64,000 bases of DNA, from NCBI GenBank assembly GCA_011176685.1, contig DUED01000001.1, positions 23,231 through 87,230 of the forward strand, in the 5' to 3' direction. The stretch is from Anaerolineae bacterium. Lineage in GTDB: Bacteria > Chloroflexota > Anaerolineae > Anaerolineales > Anaerolineaceae. Of the stretch, positions 28,357-38,571 are shown piece after piece. Made by a program: the position numbers and the translations under genes. Every line of letters starts with the position of its first letter. Position 1 is the first letter of the stretch. The notes below the pieces were generated by a model. That model did not search any database, was not told the DNA's origin, and worked only from the letters and a program-made list of their open reading frames with translations.

Positions 28357-28519
28357 TCAAATCTCCGATAACTAATAATTTGCTTGGGGAATTATACCAA
28401 TCAATGGGTTTAAATTCACATTTTGTTCTAATTAACTTATTAATTTTTATAATTTTCTAATAATTTTAGTAAAAGATCAAACCAGCATCCCATGCGGGTA
28501 TTTAAAAAAATTGTTTCAA

Positions 28520-29083
28520 TTATTGCAGAACTCTGGTTACATATTCACCTTTACGTGTATCAATGCGGATAACGTCACCTTCTTGTATGAAGGCAGGAAC
28601 ATTAAAAGCTCGATTAGATTCAGTTATCACTCGTTTATTAACGCCTGTGGCTGTATCTCCTTTAACAGCAGGATCTGCTTGAATTACTTTCAAATCAACT
28701 GTTATGGGTAGCTCAACATCCAATTGCTCATTTCCGTGGTAGGTGAGTTTCACTTCAATACCTTCTTTCAAATAGCCCGCATTTTCACCAAGAACTTCCT
28801 TGCTTATGGTAGGCTGTTCAAAAGTTTCCATATCCATAAAGTGAAAAAAATTGCCATCTGAATATAAAAATTTGACATTACGGTATTCCAAGCGAATATC
28901 TTGAATTCGATCACCGGAATTGAAAGTTTTTTCAATTATCGTTCCCGATCGCAGGTTGCGAGCTTTGATACGGATGGTAGCATTGCCCCTACCCGGCTTG
29001 TGGTGATGATAATCTAGAACTTTATATATTTCATTATCAAGCTGAAAGGTAATCCCTTTGTGCAACTTGTTAACATCAATCAT
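28520..29083 (-). CDS. efp: Elongation factor P
   Basis: MIDVNKLHKG...KPGRGNATIRIKARNL: the conserved loop lysine is present. 187 aa from the ATG at 29083 (RBS gaggaaaaa). The longer ORF in the track is an N-terminal artefact. Confidence 0.85.
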   Translation of the reverse strand: MIDVNKLHKGITFQLDNEIYKVLDYHHHKPGRGNATIRIKARNLRSGTIIEKTFNSGDRIQDIRLEYRNVKFLYSDGNFFHFMDMETFEQPTISKEVLGENAGYLKEGIEVKLTYHGNEQLDVELPITVDLKVIQADPAVKGDTATGVNKRVITESNRAFNVPAFIQEGDVIRIDTRKGEYVTRVLQ

Positions 29084-29192
29084 TTTTTCCTCTAACAAAT
29101 AATAAGCTCTGCATAACGGATTGATTATAGCATGATGTGTTCTAAACATGAAAAGGCAGAACTTGTAGCTCTGCCTTTTGAAAGTTTTCAAA

Positions 29193-29759
29193 CTATCCTA
29201 ATTCCGGTTCAATTAATCCGTAAGTTCCATCTCGACGTTTATAAAGCACATTAATATTGTTGGAGTTTGCATTATAAAAGATAAAGAAATCCTCATGACC
29301 AAGTAAATTCATTTGCTCAATAGCTTCCAATTCATCCATTGGACTTAGTGTAAAGTGTTTCCTTCTAGCGATCAAAGGTGTGTCATCTTTTTTACCTTTT
29401 TCTGCCATTTTCTTTATCAGTATCTCTCTGGCTGGCTTGAAATCCGCCTTACTTCGGAATCGTTTGCCTTTATACCTTTCAATTTGACGATGGATTTTAT
29501 CGATTACTTGGTCGATGGCACTTCTAATATTTTCTGCCCTTTCCTCTGCTCGCAGAATAAAACCGCGGCCATGAAGAGTAATTTGTGCTACATATCTATC
29601 GTCAGCATCGCGGGCTGACTTGGTGTAGGTAAGATCTATGCGGGCTTCATCGATTTGTTTTAGAAATCGGTTTAACTTTGTAGCTTTATTGGTTAATTTT
29701 TTTCTAATATCATCTGTTAGCCCCAAATTTTTTGTAAAGATATTAATTTCGATAGTCAT
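29193..29759 (-). CDS. hpf: Ribosome hibernation promoting factor (long HPF / RaiA family)
   Basis: The N-terminus matches the sigma-54 modulation protein / S30EA family. The C-terminal extension domain is present. 188 aa. Confidence 0.8.
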   Translation of the reverse strand: MTIEINIFTKNLGLTDDIRKKLTNKATKLNRFLKQIDEARIDLTYTKSARDADDRYVAQITLHGRGFILRAEERAENIRSAIDQVIDKIHRQIERYKGKRFRSKADFKPAREILIKKMAEKGKKDDTPLIARRKHFTLSPMDELEAIEQMNLLGHEDFFIFYNANSNNINVLYKRRDGTYGLIEPELG

Positions 29760-30527
29760 TTAAACCTCCATAAAATTATTAATTTGGAAATCGTCCAGAA
29801 TATTCATGGTTCTTGCTATTGTTATGCCGTATACTCTAACCGCCCCTGCTTTTTTTAAGGACATTGCACAGGCCTGTAATGTCGCCCCAGTTGTAATCAC
29901 GTCATCTACCAAAAGAATGTTTCTTGAATTTACAATATCAGAATTTGCAGAGAAAGCGCCAGTAACATTTTTCTTTCTTTCCTCAAAAGAAAGTCCAACT
30001 TGTGATTTTGTTTCTTTTTCTTTTATTAAACCTTCCGGCAAGAATGGTTTCATTAAGGACTTTGCGATCGGTTTTGCAAGCCGACTAGCTTGATTGTATC
30101 CTCTGGATCTCTTCCGTTTTTCGCTTAGGGGTACTGGAATAATTATATCAATTATCCAATTTTGCCGATTTACAAGTTCTGAGAGAGGTTCAGTGAACAT
30201 TACGGTTAAACCGTAGTCCCTTGAGTATTTAATGTTTCGTATTACTTGTTTTAAGGGACCTGCGTATATCCCGAATGATCGTATGCTATCAAATGCCGGT
30301 GGAAAAATTCTGCAGTTTGAACAGGTGGAATTATCCATAAGTGGAATTCCGCATACTTGGCAAATCGGATCTCTTATAGTAGAAATTTCAGACCAGCAAT
30401 TTGAACAAAGGCAATGTCCGATTCTTCCACAGCTACAACACTTTGGCGGGTAAATTAGGTCAAGGAATTTCCAAATAATCGAATGAGATCGCCCCCATCT
30501 TTTAGCTTGATAAGAATCAATTTGCAT
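29760..30527 (-). CDS. comF: ComF-family protein (Zn-finger plus phosphoribosyltransferase domain; ComFC-like)
   Basis: N-terminal Cys cluster (CCSCG...CxxC...CxVCG...CSNC) and a C-terminal PRT motif LLVDDVITTGATL. Confidence 0.75.
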   Translation of the reverse strand: MQIDSYQAKRWGRSHSIIWKFLDLIYPPKCCSCGRIGHCLCSNCWSEISTIRDPICQVCGIPLMDNSTCSNCRIFPPAFDSIRSFGIYAGPLKQVIRNIKYSRDYGLTVMFTEPLSELVNRQNWIIDIIIPVPLSEKRKRSRGYNQASRLAKPIAKSLMKPFLPEGLIKEKETKSQVGLSFEERKKNVTGAFSANSDIVNSRNILLVDDVITTGATLQACAMSLKKAGAVRVYGITIARTMNILDDFQINNFMEV

Positions 30528-30576
30528 ATTAAATCGATTTTCTCATTGAGGACATCATGGTTAATAAGAGCTAAAA

Positions 30577-30726
30577 TTATTCAATATTCTGAAGTAAGTT
30601 CTGTACAAAACTGCTTATTGCAGGTCCGAGAAGCTTATAAAGAAAAATGATTACCAAGATAACTAGAACAATAATGAGAATAAATTCTATGATACCCTGT
30701 CCATCCTGTTTATTAGAAAAAGCCAT
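30577..30726 (-). CDS. flp: Flp/Fap-type type IVb prepilin (49 aa). This small ORF is absent from the ORF track.
   Basis: The translation is MAFSNKQDGQGIIEFILIIVLVILVIIFLYKLLGPAISSFVQNLLQNIE. It has a G-x4-E-F processing-site-like motif followed by a hydrophobic helix, as in Flp pilins. There is an AAGGAG RBS 10 nt upstream. It sits 50 nt upstream of comF on the same strand. Confidence 0.5.
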   Translation of the reverse strand: MAFSNKQDGQGIIEFILIIVLVILVIIFLYKLLGPAISSFVQNLLQNIE

Positions 30727-30921
30727 GTTTGTGCCGCTCCTTTATCTCAAGTGATAAAAGATTTTTTCTTTGAGTATATATTATTAATAGTACATTGAGC
30801 AACCAAGAAAAGGATTTTTCGTATTTAATATAAGGAAGTCAGAAAATAAATATATAATATTATTATACAAAACTATAATAAAAAAGGAAAATAATTAATC
30901 CCATAAAAGACGGAGGACAAA

Positions 30922-31455
30922 ATGACTGATTTTTACGGCCGTGTTACAGAAGAACAAGATTTTTTCAAGAAGATTTTAGAAAAAATACCTGGATTCAGTG
31001 GCTATGTGGAGAGATCAAATCGTAGAGCAGCGGATAAGATGCTTAGAGATACAATCGCAGACCGTTTTGAATCTATATGGCAACGAATTTCAGAATTACA
31101 ACGCCAGATAATTTCTGGCGGTGAGATTGAAAAAATTGATGATATCGAAGCGGCTTCAATTAAGCTACGCCAGTTCATTGATCGTATTCGCACAGCGGCT
31201 TATGGTTATGCAGGTTTCTTTGATGCTGTGAAAATTAAGGAGGAGGAATTAGCTCATATATATGAATATGATTTACAATTATTGGATTTAGAAGACGAGA
31301 TCGGGCGGGCGATCGATAATATTGGATCTTCAATGGGGACTGATGGATTGCCAGCTGCGATTCGTCATTTGGTCACTTTATCTCAGAATTGTGTTGAGGC
31401 TTTTGAAAAACGTAAAGAAACATTGTTGATGGGTGCCGATAGTGTATCATCATAA
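30922..31455 (+). CDS. Hypothetical coiled-coil protein (177 aa), likely co-transcribed with the SPFH gene
   Basis: Good RBS (gacggagga). Predicted helical/coiled-coil character. No motif I recognise. The stop is 28 nt before the next start. Confidence 0.55.
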   Translation: MTDFYGRVTEEQDFFKKILEKIPGFSGYVERSNRRAADKMLRDTIADRFESIWQRISELQRQIISGGEIEKIDDIEAASIKLRQFIDRIRTAAYGYAGFFDAVKIKEEELAHIYEYDLQLLDLEDEIGRAIDNIGSSMGTDGLPAAIRHLVTLSQNCVEAFEKRKETLLMGADSVSS

Positions 31456-31483
31456 ATAAATATAGATAGGAAGGAGAATAATA

Positions 31484-32518
31484 ATGGCAAGGATTTTTGA
31501 TGTAGTCGAATATGCCAGCGAAATGCGCGATGAAATTGTACACCGCTTTCCTGAAGAGGGAATAGCGGATCTACGCATTGGCTCACAGGTTATCGTGCGT
31601 GAATCGCAAAAAGCAGTGTTTTTCCGAGATGGGAAAGCTTTAGATGTGCTTGGCCCTGGTAGGCACACAATTTCAACCGCGAACATACCTTTGCTTGTTG
31701 ATCTAATTGGAAAAGCTTTTAATAACCGCACTCCCTTCACAGCTGAAGTGTATTATGTCTCAATGAAAGAATTTGCTGATCAAAAGTGGGGCACACCACA
31801 GCCAATCATTGTTAGGAACCCGGGCATCGGTTTGGGTATTGCTTTGCTACAGGGTTTTGGAACGTATAGTTTTCAGGTAAAAGATTCTCAGCAATTTGTT
31901 ACTCAACTAGTAGGTGCACAGGGAATCTACCGCACAGCGGATATTGAGAATCGTTTACGAACAATGTTGCTTTCAAAATTACAGGATTTACTGGGAGAAA
32001 CTACTGGCAAGAAATCAGTGCTTGATTTGATTGGTCTTACAGATGAGCTGAGTGCAGGTGTACGAGCAAAAACACAAGATGATTTTTCAGCGATTGGGCT
32101 TACTTTAAAAACATTCTATATAGCTAATCTAAAACCTTCAGATAAATCGGCTGAGGAACTACGCGCAATGGGAATGCTTGATACAGCTACTTATACACAA
32201 CTTCAGGCAGCAGATGCGTTACGTGAAGCTGCGCAGAATCCCAGCGGGGGTGCTGGTTTGACAGCGGGTATTGGAGCTGGCATGGGTATTGGAAATGTAA
32301 TTAGTGATTCCCTAAAGGGTGTCGGATCTTCTCAGGCAGAGCTTTCTGATAAGCAGAATATTCCTTCAGTGATGACCCCTGCGCAAGCGGCTAAGTTACT
32401 GCAGGTTTCCGAGGAGGATGTGTTAGCCGCAATTAAGGATAAGTCTTTGAAAGCGCGAAAGATGGGTAAGGCGTACCGCATAAGCAAGGAAGCCTTAGAA
32501 GAATTCCTTAAAGGATAA
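31484..32518 (+). CDS. SPFH / band-7-family protein with a C-terminal excisionase/MerR-type HTH
   Basis: N-terminal SPFH-like domain (IFDVVEY...VIVRESQKAVFFRDGKALDVLGPGRH). A Gly/Ala-rich linker. C-terminal MTPAQAAKLLQVSEEDVLAAIKDKSLKARKMGKAYRISKEALEEFL, typical of HTH_17-type DNA-binding domains. Confidence 0.6.
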   Translation: MARIFDVVEYASEMRDEIVHRFPEEGIADLRIGSQVIVRESQKAVFFRDGKALDVLGPGRHTISTANIPLLVDLIGKAFNNRTPFTAEVYYVSMKEFADQKWGTPQPIIVRNPGIGLGIALLQGFGTYSFQVKDSQQFVTQLVGAQGIYRTADIENRLRTMLLSKLQDLLGETTGKKSVLDLIGLTDELSAGVRAKTQDDFSAIGLTLKTFYIANLKPSDKSAEELRAMGMLDTATYTQLQAADALREAAQNPSGGAGLTAGIGAGMGIGNVISDSLKGVGSSQAELSDKQNIPSVMTPAQAAKLLQVSEEDVLAAIKDKSLKARKMGKAYRISKEALEEFLKG

Positions 32519-32638
32519 AGTATAGCAAATGATTTCGATGCCCGATATTAATACCATCGGGCATCGTGCTTTTAATATCAGAATGGTATAATGTCTATTA
32601 TTAGGAGGGAAAAAAGATAAATCGAATATTACGATTAA

Positions 32639-33781
32639 ATGAGATTACACGAGTACCAAACAAAACAAATTATTTCAAAATACGGAATTGAGATTCCACG
32701 GGGGGAAATAGCTGTAAATTCTAATGCAGTAAAACAAATAGCAGAAGAAATAGGCAGTGAAGTAGTAATTAAAGCGCAAGTACTTGTTGGGGGCAGGGGA
32801 AAAGCAGGAGGAATTCGATTGGCTAAATCACCTGAAGAAGCGCATGAATTAGCCACAGAAATAATAAGCATGGTAATTGAGGGCTTTCCCGTCAAAAAAG
32901 TTTTAGTGGAAGAAGCAATTAACTTCGATGATGAGTTATATGTAGGTGTAGCAACTGACCGTAATTGTTCCCTGCCAGTAATGATTGGCTCTGGACAAGG
33001 GGGTATTGATATTGAAGAAACCGTCTTGTCTTCCACAGAAAAAGTCTTTAGGGTTCATATAGATCCACTATTGGGTTTGCGGGAATATCAAATTCGTTCT
33101 TTGGCGTTATCTATAGATTTGCCTAGAGAGTATTGGAATACATTTTCGAAGATTGCAAACGGAATATGGAATATTTATCTGGATCATGATGCTTTATTGG
33201 TGGAAATTAATCCTTTAGTGATTACCAGTGATCGACGTTTACTGGCGTTAGATGGCAAGATGAATATCGATGATTCTGCACTATTTCGCCATCCAGAATT
33301 AGCGGACCTGCAAGATTTGGATAAGGGAAAACCTGCTGAAATTGAAGCAAAAAAACATGGTCTTTCATATATTAAGATGGAAGGGAATATTGGCTGCTTG
33401 GTTAATGGTGCTGGATTGGCTATGGCTACAATGGATATTCTGGAGTTTTTTGGCGGTAAGGCATCGAATTTTTTAGATATTGGCGGTGGAGCTAGCGCCG
33501 AAGAGATTACTTTTGCTCTTCGCATAATTATTTCAGACCCAAACGTAGAAGCAATATTGATAAACATCTTTGGTGGGATAACGCGTTGTGATGAGGTTGC
33601 TAAGGGTATTTTAACAACTCTTAGAGAAATAAAACCTATCTTTCCAGTCGTAGTCAGATTGGCGGGAACCAATGCAAAGGAAGGGCTTGCCATATTAAAT
33701 GAAGAGAAAATCGAAACAGCAAAATCATTAGTTGCTGCTGTAAAAAGGGCTGTTGAATTGACAAAGGGAGCAGCGAAATGA
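32639..33781 (+). CDS. sucC: Succinate--CoA ligase (ADP-forming) beta subunit
   Basis: The N-terminus [23 protein letters not shown] and the ATP-grasp layout match SucC. Overlaps sucD by 4 nt. Confidence 0.85.
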   Translation: MRLHEYQTKQIISKYGIEIPRGEIAVNSNAVKQIAEEIGSEVVIKAQVLVGGRGKAGGIRLAKSPEEAHELATEIISMVIEGFPVKKVLVEEAINFDDELYVGVATDRNCSLPVMIGSGQGGIDIEETVLSSTEKVFRVHIDPLLGLREYQIRSLALSIDLPREYWNTFSKIANGIWNIYLDHDALLVEINPLVITSDRRLLALDGKMNIDDSALFRHPELADLQDLDKGKPAEIEAKKHGLSYIKMEGNIGCLVNGAGLAMATMDILEFFGGKASNFLDIGGGASAEEITFALRIIISDPNVEAILINIFGGITRCDEVAKGILTTLREIKPIFPVVVRLAGTNAKEGLAILNEEKIETAKSLVAAVKRAVELTKGAAK

Positions 33782-34647
33782 GCATCCTGATCAATAAGGA
33801 AACTCGTCTCCTTGTGCAGGGAATAACTGGCCAAGAAGGTTTATTCCATACACAGCGTATGAAAAAATACGGTACGAATATTGTAGCTGGTGTCACGCCA
33901 GGAAAAGGTGGTGGATGGGCGCTTAATGGGAAAATCCCAGTTTTTGATACTGTTCATTCGGCGGTGGAAGCAACTGGCGTAAATACCAGCGTAATTTTTG
34001 TACCGGCAAGATTTGCTCTGGATGCCATTTATGAATCTATTGATGCTGGGTTATCTTTAATTGTTTGCATCACCAAGGGAATACCAGTTCAAGATACGAT
34101 ACGAATTCGCAGTTATATGAAGAATACATCTGTGCGTTTAATTGGACCAAATACACCAGGAGTAATTAATCCTGGAGAATCCAAGGTTGGGATTATCCCT
34201 GACAGCATCACCGCTCAAGGAAATATTGGTGTGGTCTCCCGTTCAGGCACATTAACCTACGAAGTACTTTATGTCTTGCAGAAAGGGGGTTTAGGTGTCT
34301 CTACTTGTGTGGGAATTGGGGGGGATCTAATCGTTGGTTCTGGTTTTATTGATATATTAGACTTATTTGAACAGGATCCTTACACGGAAGAGATTGTTTT
34401 AATTGGAGAGATAGGTGGGGAAGAGGAGCAAATAGCCGCAAATTTCATTTCATCAAATATGACCAAACCAGTAGTAGCGTTTATTGCTGGTCAGACCGCA
34501 CCGCAAGAAAAGAGAATGGGGCATGCGGGAGCTATCATTGGAGGAAGAATAGGACGGGCTGTAGATAAAATCAACAGCTTGAAAAATTCGGGCGTTCAGG
34601 TAGCTAAACACCTGGAAGAGATTCCTTCCCTTCTTCAGAAACTATAA
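33778..34647 (+). CDS. sucD: Succinate--CoA ligase alpha subunit
   Basis: CoA-binding Rossmann fold ([10 protein letters not shown]) and a SucD layout including the active-site His region (GHAGAI). Confidence 0.85.
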   Translation: MSILINKETRLLVQGITGQEGLFHTQRMKKYGTNIVAGVTPGKGGGWALNGKIPVFDTVHSAVEATGVNTSVIFVPARFALDAIYESIDAGLSLIVCITKGIPVQDTIRIRSYMKNTSVRLIGPNTPGVINPGESKVGIIPDSITAQGNIGVVSRSGTLTYEVLYVLQKGGLGVSTCVGIGGDLIVGSGFIDILDLFEQDPYTEEIVLIGEIGGEEEQIAANFISSNMTKPVVAFIAGQTAPQEKRMGHAGAIIGGRIGRAVDKINSLKNSGVQVAKHLEEIPSLLQKL

Positions 34648-34671
34648 CGGTCGAAATATTATCAAAATGTC

Positions 34672-34908
34672 TTATTTTTGCTGACTTTCGATATAATTGA
34701 TTGTATCTTTGACAGTTTTGATATTGCGTGCATCTTCATCTGAAATGGAAAGGTCAAATTTTTCACAAAAACCATCAATCAAGAAGAATTGATCCATTGA
34801 ATCAGCTTTGAGATCTTCTATAAATTTCGTTTCAAGAGTGATCTCTTTTTCATCTACCTTAAGGACATCAACAATTACTTCCTTTACACCTTTTAATATA
34901 TCGCCCAT
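34672..34908 (-). CDS. Acyl carrier protein-like
   Basis: 78 aa, acidic. ADSMD sits at the position of the phosphopantetheine-attachment DSLD motif. Monocistronic on the opposite strand. Confidence 0.6.
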   Translation of the reverse strand: MGDILKGVKEVIVDVLKVDEKEITLETKFIEDLKADSMDQFFLIDGFCEKFDLSISDEDARNIKTVKDTINYIESQQK

Positions 34909-34988
34909 GAAGTTACCTCCGAATAAATTTTAATGTAAAATCAATTATATTATTAAACACACAAACTTTATTAAAGTATCAAACAAAA

Positions 34989-36017
34989 ATGGATAAAAAA
35001 TCTAGACGTATAGACCTAAAAAGAGACCACTTGCGTATAAACACTGAAAGAGACGTGCAATCAGGATTAACGAACGGTCTTGAAAGGATTATTCTCGAGC
35101 ATCAGGCTTTGCCAGAGTTGGATTTTTCAAGAATTGATATCCAAGCTGAACTTTTCTCAAAGACCCTGCATGCGCCTGTATTTATTTCCTCTATGACTGG
35201 TGGAATTCCCGAATCTATCGAAATAAATCGCATATTAGCTGAAGCAGCTCAGATTGCAGGGATTGCTATGGGAGTTGGTTCACAACGGGCAGCTCTGGAA
35301 TTTCCAGATTTAATGGAAACTTTTAAAGTACGCAAATATGCTCCAGACATACTGCTTTTCGCAAATTTAGGAGCAGTACAGCTTAATTATTCATTTGGAC
35401 CTGACCAATGCCGAAAAGCTGTAGAAGCGATTGAAGCTGATGCTTTAATTTTACATTTAAACCCAATTCAAGAAGCACTTCAATTAGATGGAAATACAAA
35501 TTTCTCCGGTCTACTTAAAAAAATTGAAATGGTGTGTAAAAATCTACATGTTCCCGTTGTAGTAAAAGAAGTAGGTTGGGGAATATCAGAACGAGTTGCG
35601 AGACATCTAATATCCGCAGGTGTAGCAGCTATCGATGTGGCTGGGGCAGGAGGTACATCCTGGTCTGAGGTAGAAAAATATCGCCTTGAAGATCCGCAAG
35701 ATTACAAAGTGGCAGAACCTTTTAAAAATTGGGGAATATCGACCGTACAGTCAATCCACAATGTTCGAAAAGCATCTCCCGATGTATTGGTTTTCGCTTC
35801 TGGGGGATTACGGACTGGTGTGGACATTGCAAAGTGCATTGCACTGGGAGCATCGCTGTGTGGAATGGCAGGAGTATTTCTGAGAGCTGTGACTATCTCG
35901 TTAGATGAATTACAGAAGACAATTTGGCGAATTATTCAGCAATTAAAAATCAGCATGTTTGCTGCGGGGGCATCAGACTTAAATTCACTTCGAAGGGTGA
36001 GAATAATTGAGAAGTAA
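34989..36017 (+). CDS. fni: Isopentenyl-diphosphate delta-isomerase, type 2 (FMN-dependent)
   Basis: ISSMTGG and TIM-barrel motifs of IDI-2. About 340 aa. Confidence 0.8.
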   Translation: MDKKSRRIDLKRDHLRINTERDVQSGLTNGLERIILEHQALPELDFSRIDIQAELFSKTLHAPVFISSMTGGIPESIEINRILAEAAQIAGIAMGVGSQRAALEFPDLMETFKVRKYAPDILLFANLGAVQLNYSFGPDQCRKAVEAIEADALILHLNPIQEALQLDGNTNFSGLLKKIEMVCKNLHVPVVVKEVGWGISERVARHLISAGVAAIDVAGAGGTSWSEVEKYRLEDPQDYKVAEPFKNWGISTVQSIHNVRKASPDVLVFASGGLRTGVDIAKCIALGASLCGMAGVFLRAVTISLDELQKTIWRIIQQLKISMFAAGASDLNSLRRVRIIEK

Positions 36018-36020
36018 TTA

Positions 36021-37040
36021 ATGATGGATCTACGAAAATATCAAGACATTTTCTTGCCTGCAGTTGAAAAAGAAATGCAGAAAATCCTTAGCATTAACCT
36101 CGGAAAATTTTCTGGTGCATTACAAGAAATGCTATCTTATCATCTGGGTTGGGAATCTGGAACAGTGATTAAAAAGTTAGGGAAAGGAGGAAAATGTATT
36201 CGCCCATTGCTTGTACTTTTATGTACTGAAGGTGCAGGCCAAAATTGGGAGAGTGCAATTCCGGCAGCGGCTGCAGTTGAATTGGCTCATAATTTTTCTC
36301 TAATTCACGACGATATTGAGGATGTGAGCGATATCAGGCGAGGTCGTGAAACCATCTGGAAAAAATGGGGGGTTGCACAAGCAATTAATGCAGGGGATAC
36401 CATGTATTCTATTGCGTATAAGGCTATGTTGGGATTAGAGGATACTTGTAATAAAGAAATCACTATAGAAGCAACGAATTTGCTTGGCGATACATTCATA
36501 AAGCTCACTTATGGACAATACTTGGATATTTCTTTCGAATCGCGTGAAAAAATTAGCATTAATGAGTATTGGAAGATTGTTGAAGGGAAAACAGCAGCAT
36601 TGTTTGGCTGCAGTACAAAACTAGGTGCAATGATTGCTTATAATAAAGAAGTCGAACAAGATAAATATTATCAATTTGGCTTTTCAATCGGAATGGCTTT
36701 TCAGGTTTTTGATGACTGGTTGGGAATATGGGGGCAATTAGAAAAAACCGGTAAATCAATAATCAGTGACCTTGTACAAGGTAAAAAGACTTTACCCGTG
36801 GTTCTTGGTATGCAAAATTCTAAAAAATTTGCTAGGAGGTGGAAGGAGGGGGGGATTTCAACGCGAGAAGCCAAAGACCTTGCCGAGCAGTTACGTAAGG
36901 ATGGTGTTGAACAGAAAGTTTTATTTACAGCTAAAGAACTAAACAAAAAAGCTCTAATCAATTTGGAAGAATTGAAAATTAAAAATGATATTGAAATTGT
37001 ATTAGAAGAATTAATGGATTCTTTACTGAATAGACAATAA
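36021..37040 (+). CDS. Polyprenyl diphosphate synthase (trans-isoprenyl diphosphate synthase family)
   Basis: First aspartate-rich motif LIHDDIEDVSDIRRG and second FQVFDDWLGIWG. 3 nt after fni. Confidence 0.8.
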   Translation: MMDLRKYQDIFLPAVEKEMQKILSINLGKFSGALQEMLSYHLGWESGTVIKKLGKGGKCIRPLLVLLCTEGAGQNWESAIPAAAAVELAHNFSLIHDDIEDVSDIRRGRETIWKKWGVAQAINAGDTMYSIAYKAMLGLEDTCNKEITIEATNLLGDTFIKLTYGQYLDISFESREKISINEYWKIVEGKTAALFGCSTKLGAMIAYNKEVEQDKYYQFGFSIGMAFQVFDDWLGIWGQLEKTGKSIISDLVQGKKTLPVVLGMQNSKKFARRWKEGGISTREAKDLAEQLRKDGVEQKVLFTAKELNKKALINLEELKIKNDIEIVLEELMDSLLNRQ

Positions 37041-37088
37041 TAACGTACTTGATTCTTTCTAAAGAAATAAAAATTGTGAGGTATACCG

Positions 37089-37733
37089 ATGGCTAAAGCT
37101 AATTGTAATGATTCTGATATTTATCAATTTGCTGACTTGTTTTGCGATTCTGATATTGATATGACCACTATCGAGCAGTCTGTGAAAAAGATTCTCTCTG
37201 CTATTGGCGAAGACCCCAAAAGAGAAGGTCTAGCTGGTACACCAAATCGGGTTGCAAGGGCTTATGCAGAAATGTTGGAGGGGTATCGCATAGATCCCAT
37301 TAAACTTGTAAACAATGCCTGCTTCACTGTTGAATATGATGATATGGTAATTGTTCGTGATATAGAATTCTATAGTCTATGTGAACATCATATGTTGCCA
37401 TTTTTAGGCCGTGCCCATGTTGCATATCTGCCAAAAGGACAGGTCATCGGTCTTTCAAAAATACCACGCATAGTTGATATGTTTTCGCGCCGCTTGCAGG
37501 TTCAAGAGCGGATGACACGTCAAATTGCGGATTTCCTGAATGCGCTTCTGAAACCACGGGGTGTAGCAGTTATTATGGAAGCAGTTCATCTATGTGCAAT
37601 GATTCGTGGAGTTCGTAAACATGATGCACGAATGACAACATCATCTATGTTAGGTGCGTTCCGTAACCGCCAAGCCACGCGTTTGGAATTTCTTGATAAC
37701 ATTTCAAGAGGGGCAAAGCCATTGGAATTTTAG
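37089..37733 (+). CDS. folE: GTP cyclohydrolase I
   Basis: CEHHMLPF zinc-binding motif and an overall FolE layout. Confidence 0.85.
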   Translation: MAKANCNDSDIYQFADLFCDSDIDMTTIEQSVKKILSAIGEDPKREGLAGTPNRVARAYAEMLEGYRIDPIKLVNNACFTVEYDDMVIVRDIEFYSLCEHHMLPFLGRAHVAYLPKGQVIGLSKIPRIVDMFSRRLQVQERMTRQIADFLNALLKPRGVAVIMEAVHLCAMIRGVRKHDARMTTSSMLGAFRNRQATRLEFLDNISRGAKPLEF

Positions 37734-38206
37734 TGAGAGGAATTTAAATAATAAATTTCGGCGTGTGATAGAACTCGCATTCTCTCTGCAGTCTGCTTTA
37801 GCGTTTCTTTTGTTGTGGGGTTTTTTAGGTTAGGAAGGATTTCGGCTAACGGTAAAGCGATGAAATCATGCTTCCAGATATCTATATCGAGGATCTCATC
37901 ATCAAAAACTATGATATCGAGGTCAATTGTCCTCGGAGCATATTTGTCCTTTATCCTTACCCGTCCTAATGTTTTTTCAATGGTAATGAGCACTGTCGTT
38001 TTTAATTCTTCAACAGAAAGTGGAGTTTCGATTAGAACAGCAACATTAAGAAAATCTAGACCCTTGTGGCCAACAGCCTTTGTTTTCCATATTTGTGAAA
38101 TTAATGCAAGATGGTTGGATTTTCCTATTAATTTTAGTGCTTTGGGAATATTGATATCAGGGCAAACATTTGAACCTAATAGAATATAAGCTCTGTGGAT
38201 GATCAT
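37730..38206 (-). CDS. folK: 2-amino-4-hydroxy-6-hydroxymethyldihydropteridine pyrophosphokinase
   Basis: AYILLGSN...IDLDII motif of HPPK. 158 aa. Confidence 0.8.
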   Translation of the reverse strand: MIIHRAYILLGSNVCPDINIPKALKLIGKSNHLALISQIWKTKAVGHKGLDFLNVAVLIETPLSVEELKTTVLITIEKTLGRVRIKDKYAPRTIDLDIIVFDDEILDIDIWKHDFIALPLAEILPNLKNPTTKETLKQTAERMRVLSHAEIYYLNSSH

Positions 38207-38559
38207 TTTCCTTTAATTCTTTCGATTTCAACCCCGACTGATTTGGAAAACCTTACTGCCCCTGGTTTTTCAACACGGACGAGGGCTTTCCCAACCCCCG
38301 GCATTGATAGGCAAATTTCCGCAATATCTGAAGCCAATGCCTCAACTGTTTTACGAGATACCTTTTCAATATGTGCAAGGATGGCTTTAGCTACAGTGCG
38401 ATAATTTACACAATATTTAATATTATCGGTTTCTGCCGCTCTGTTAATATCTGTATAAAGGATCACATTCACAAGGATATCTTGGGGGTTAGAGCGTTCT
38501 CGTTCTGATATTCCAATAACACCGCGTACTAGTAAATCCTTAATAAAAACTCTGTCCAT
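38203..38559 (-). CDS. folB: Dihydroneopterin aldolase
   Basis: The N-terminus DRVFIKDLLVRGVIGISERERSNPQDILVNV is a typical FolB start. 118 aa. Overlaps folK by 4 nt. Confidence 0.8.
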   Translation of the reverse strand: MDRVFIKDLLVRGVIGISERERSNPQDILVNVILYTDINRAAETDNIKYCVNYRTVAKAILAHIEKVSRKTVEALASDIAEICLSMPGVGKALVRVEKPGAVRFSKSVGVEIERIKGK

Positions 38560-38571
38560 AATAATCCTTAT

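Noticed and set aside
28520-29191. 223-aa version of the efp ORF with a 37-aa N-terminal extension
   Set aside because: The extension is non-conserved (Cys/Phe-rich). A canonical EF-P start, MIDVNK, with a strong RBS lies at 29083.
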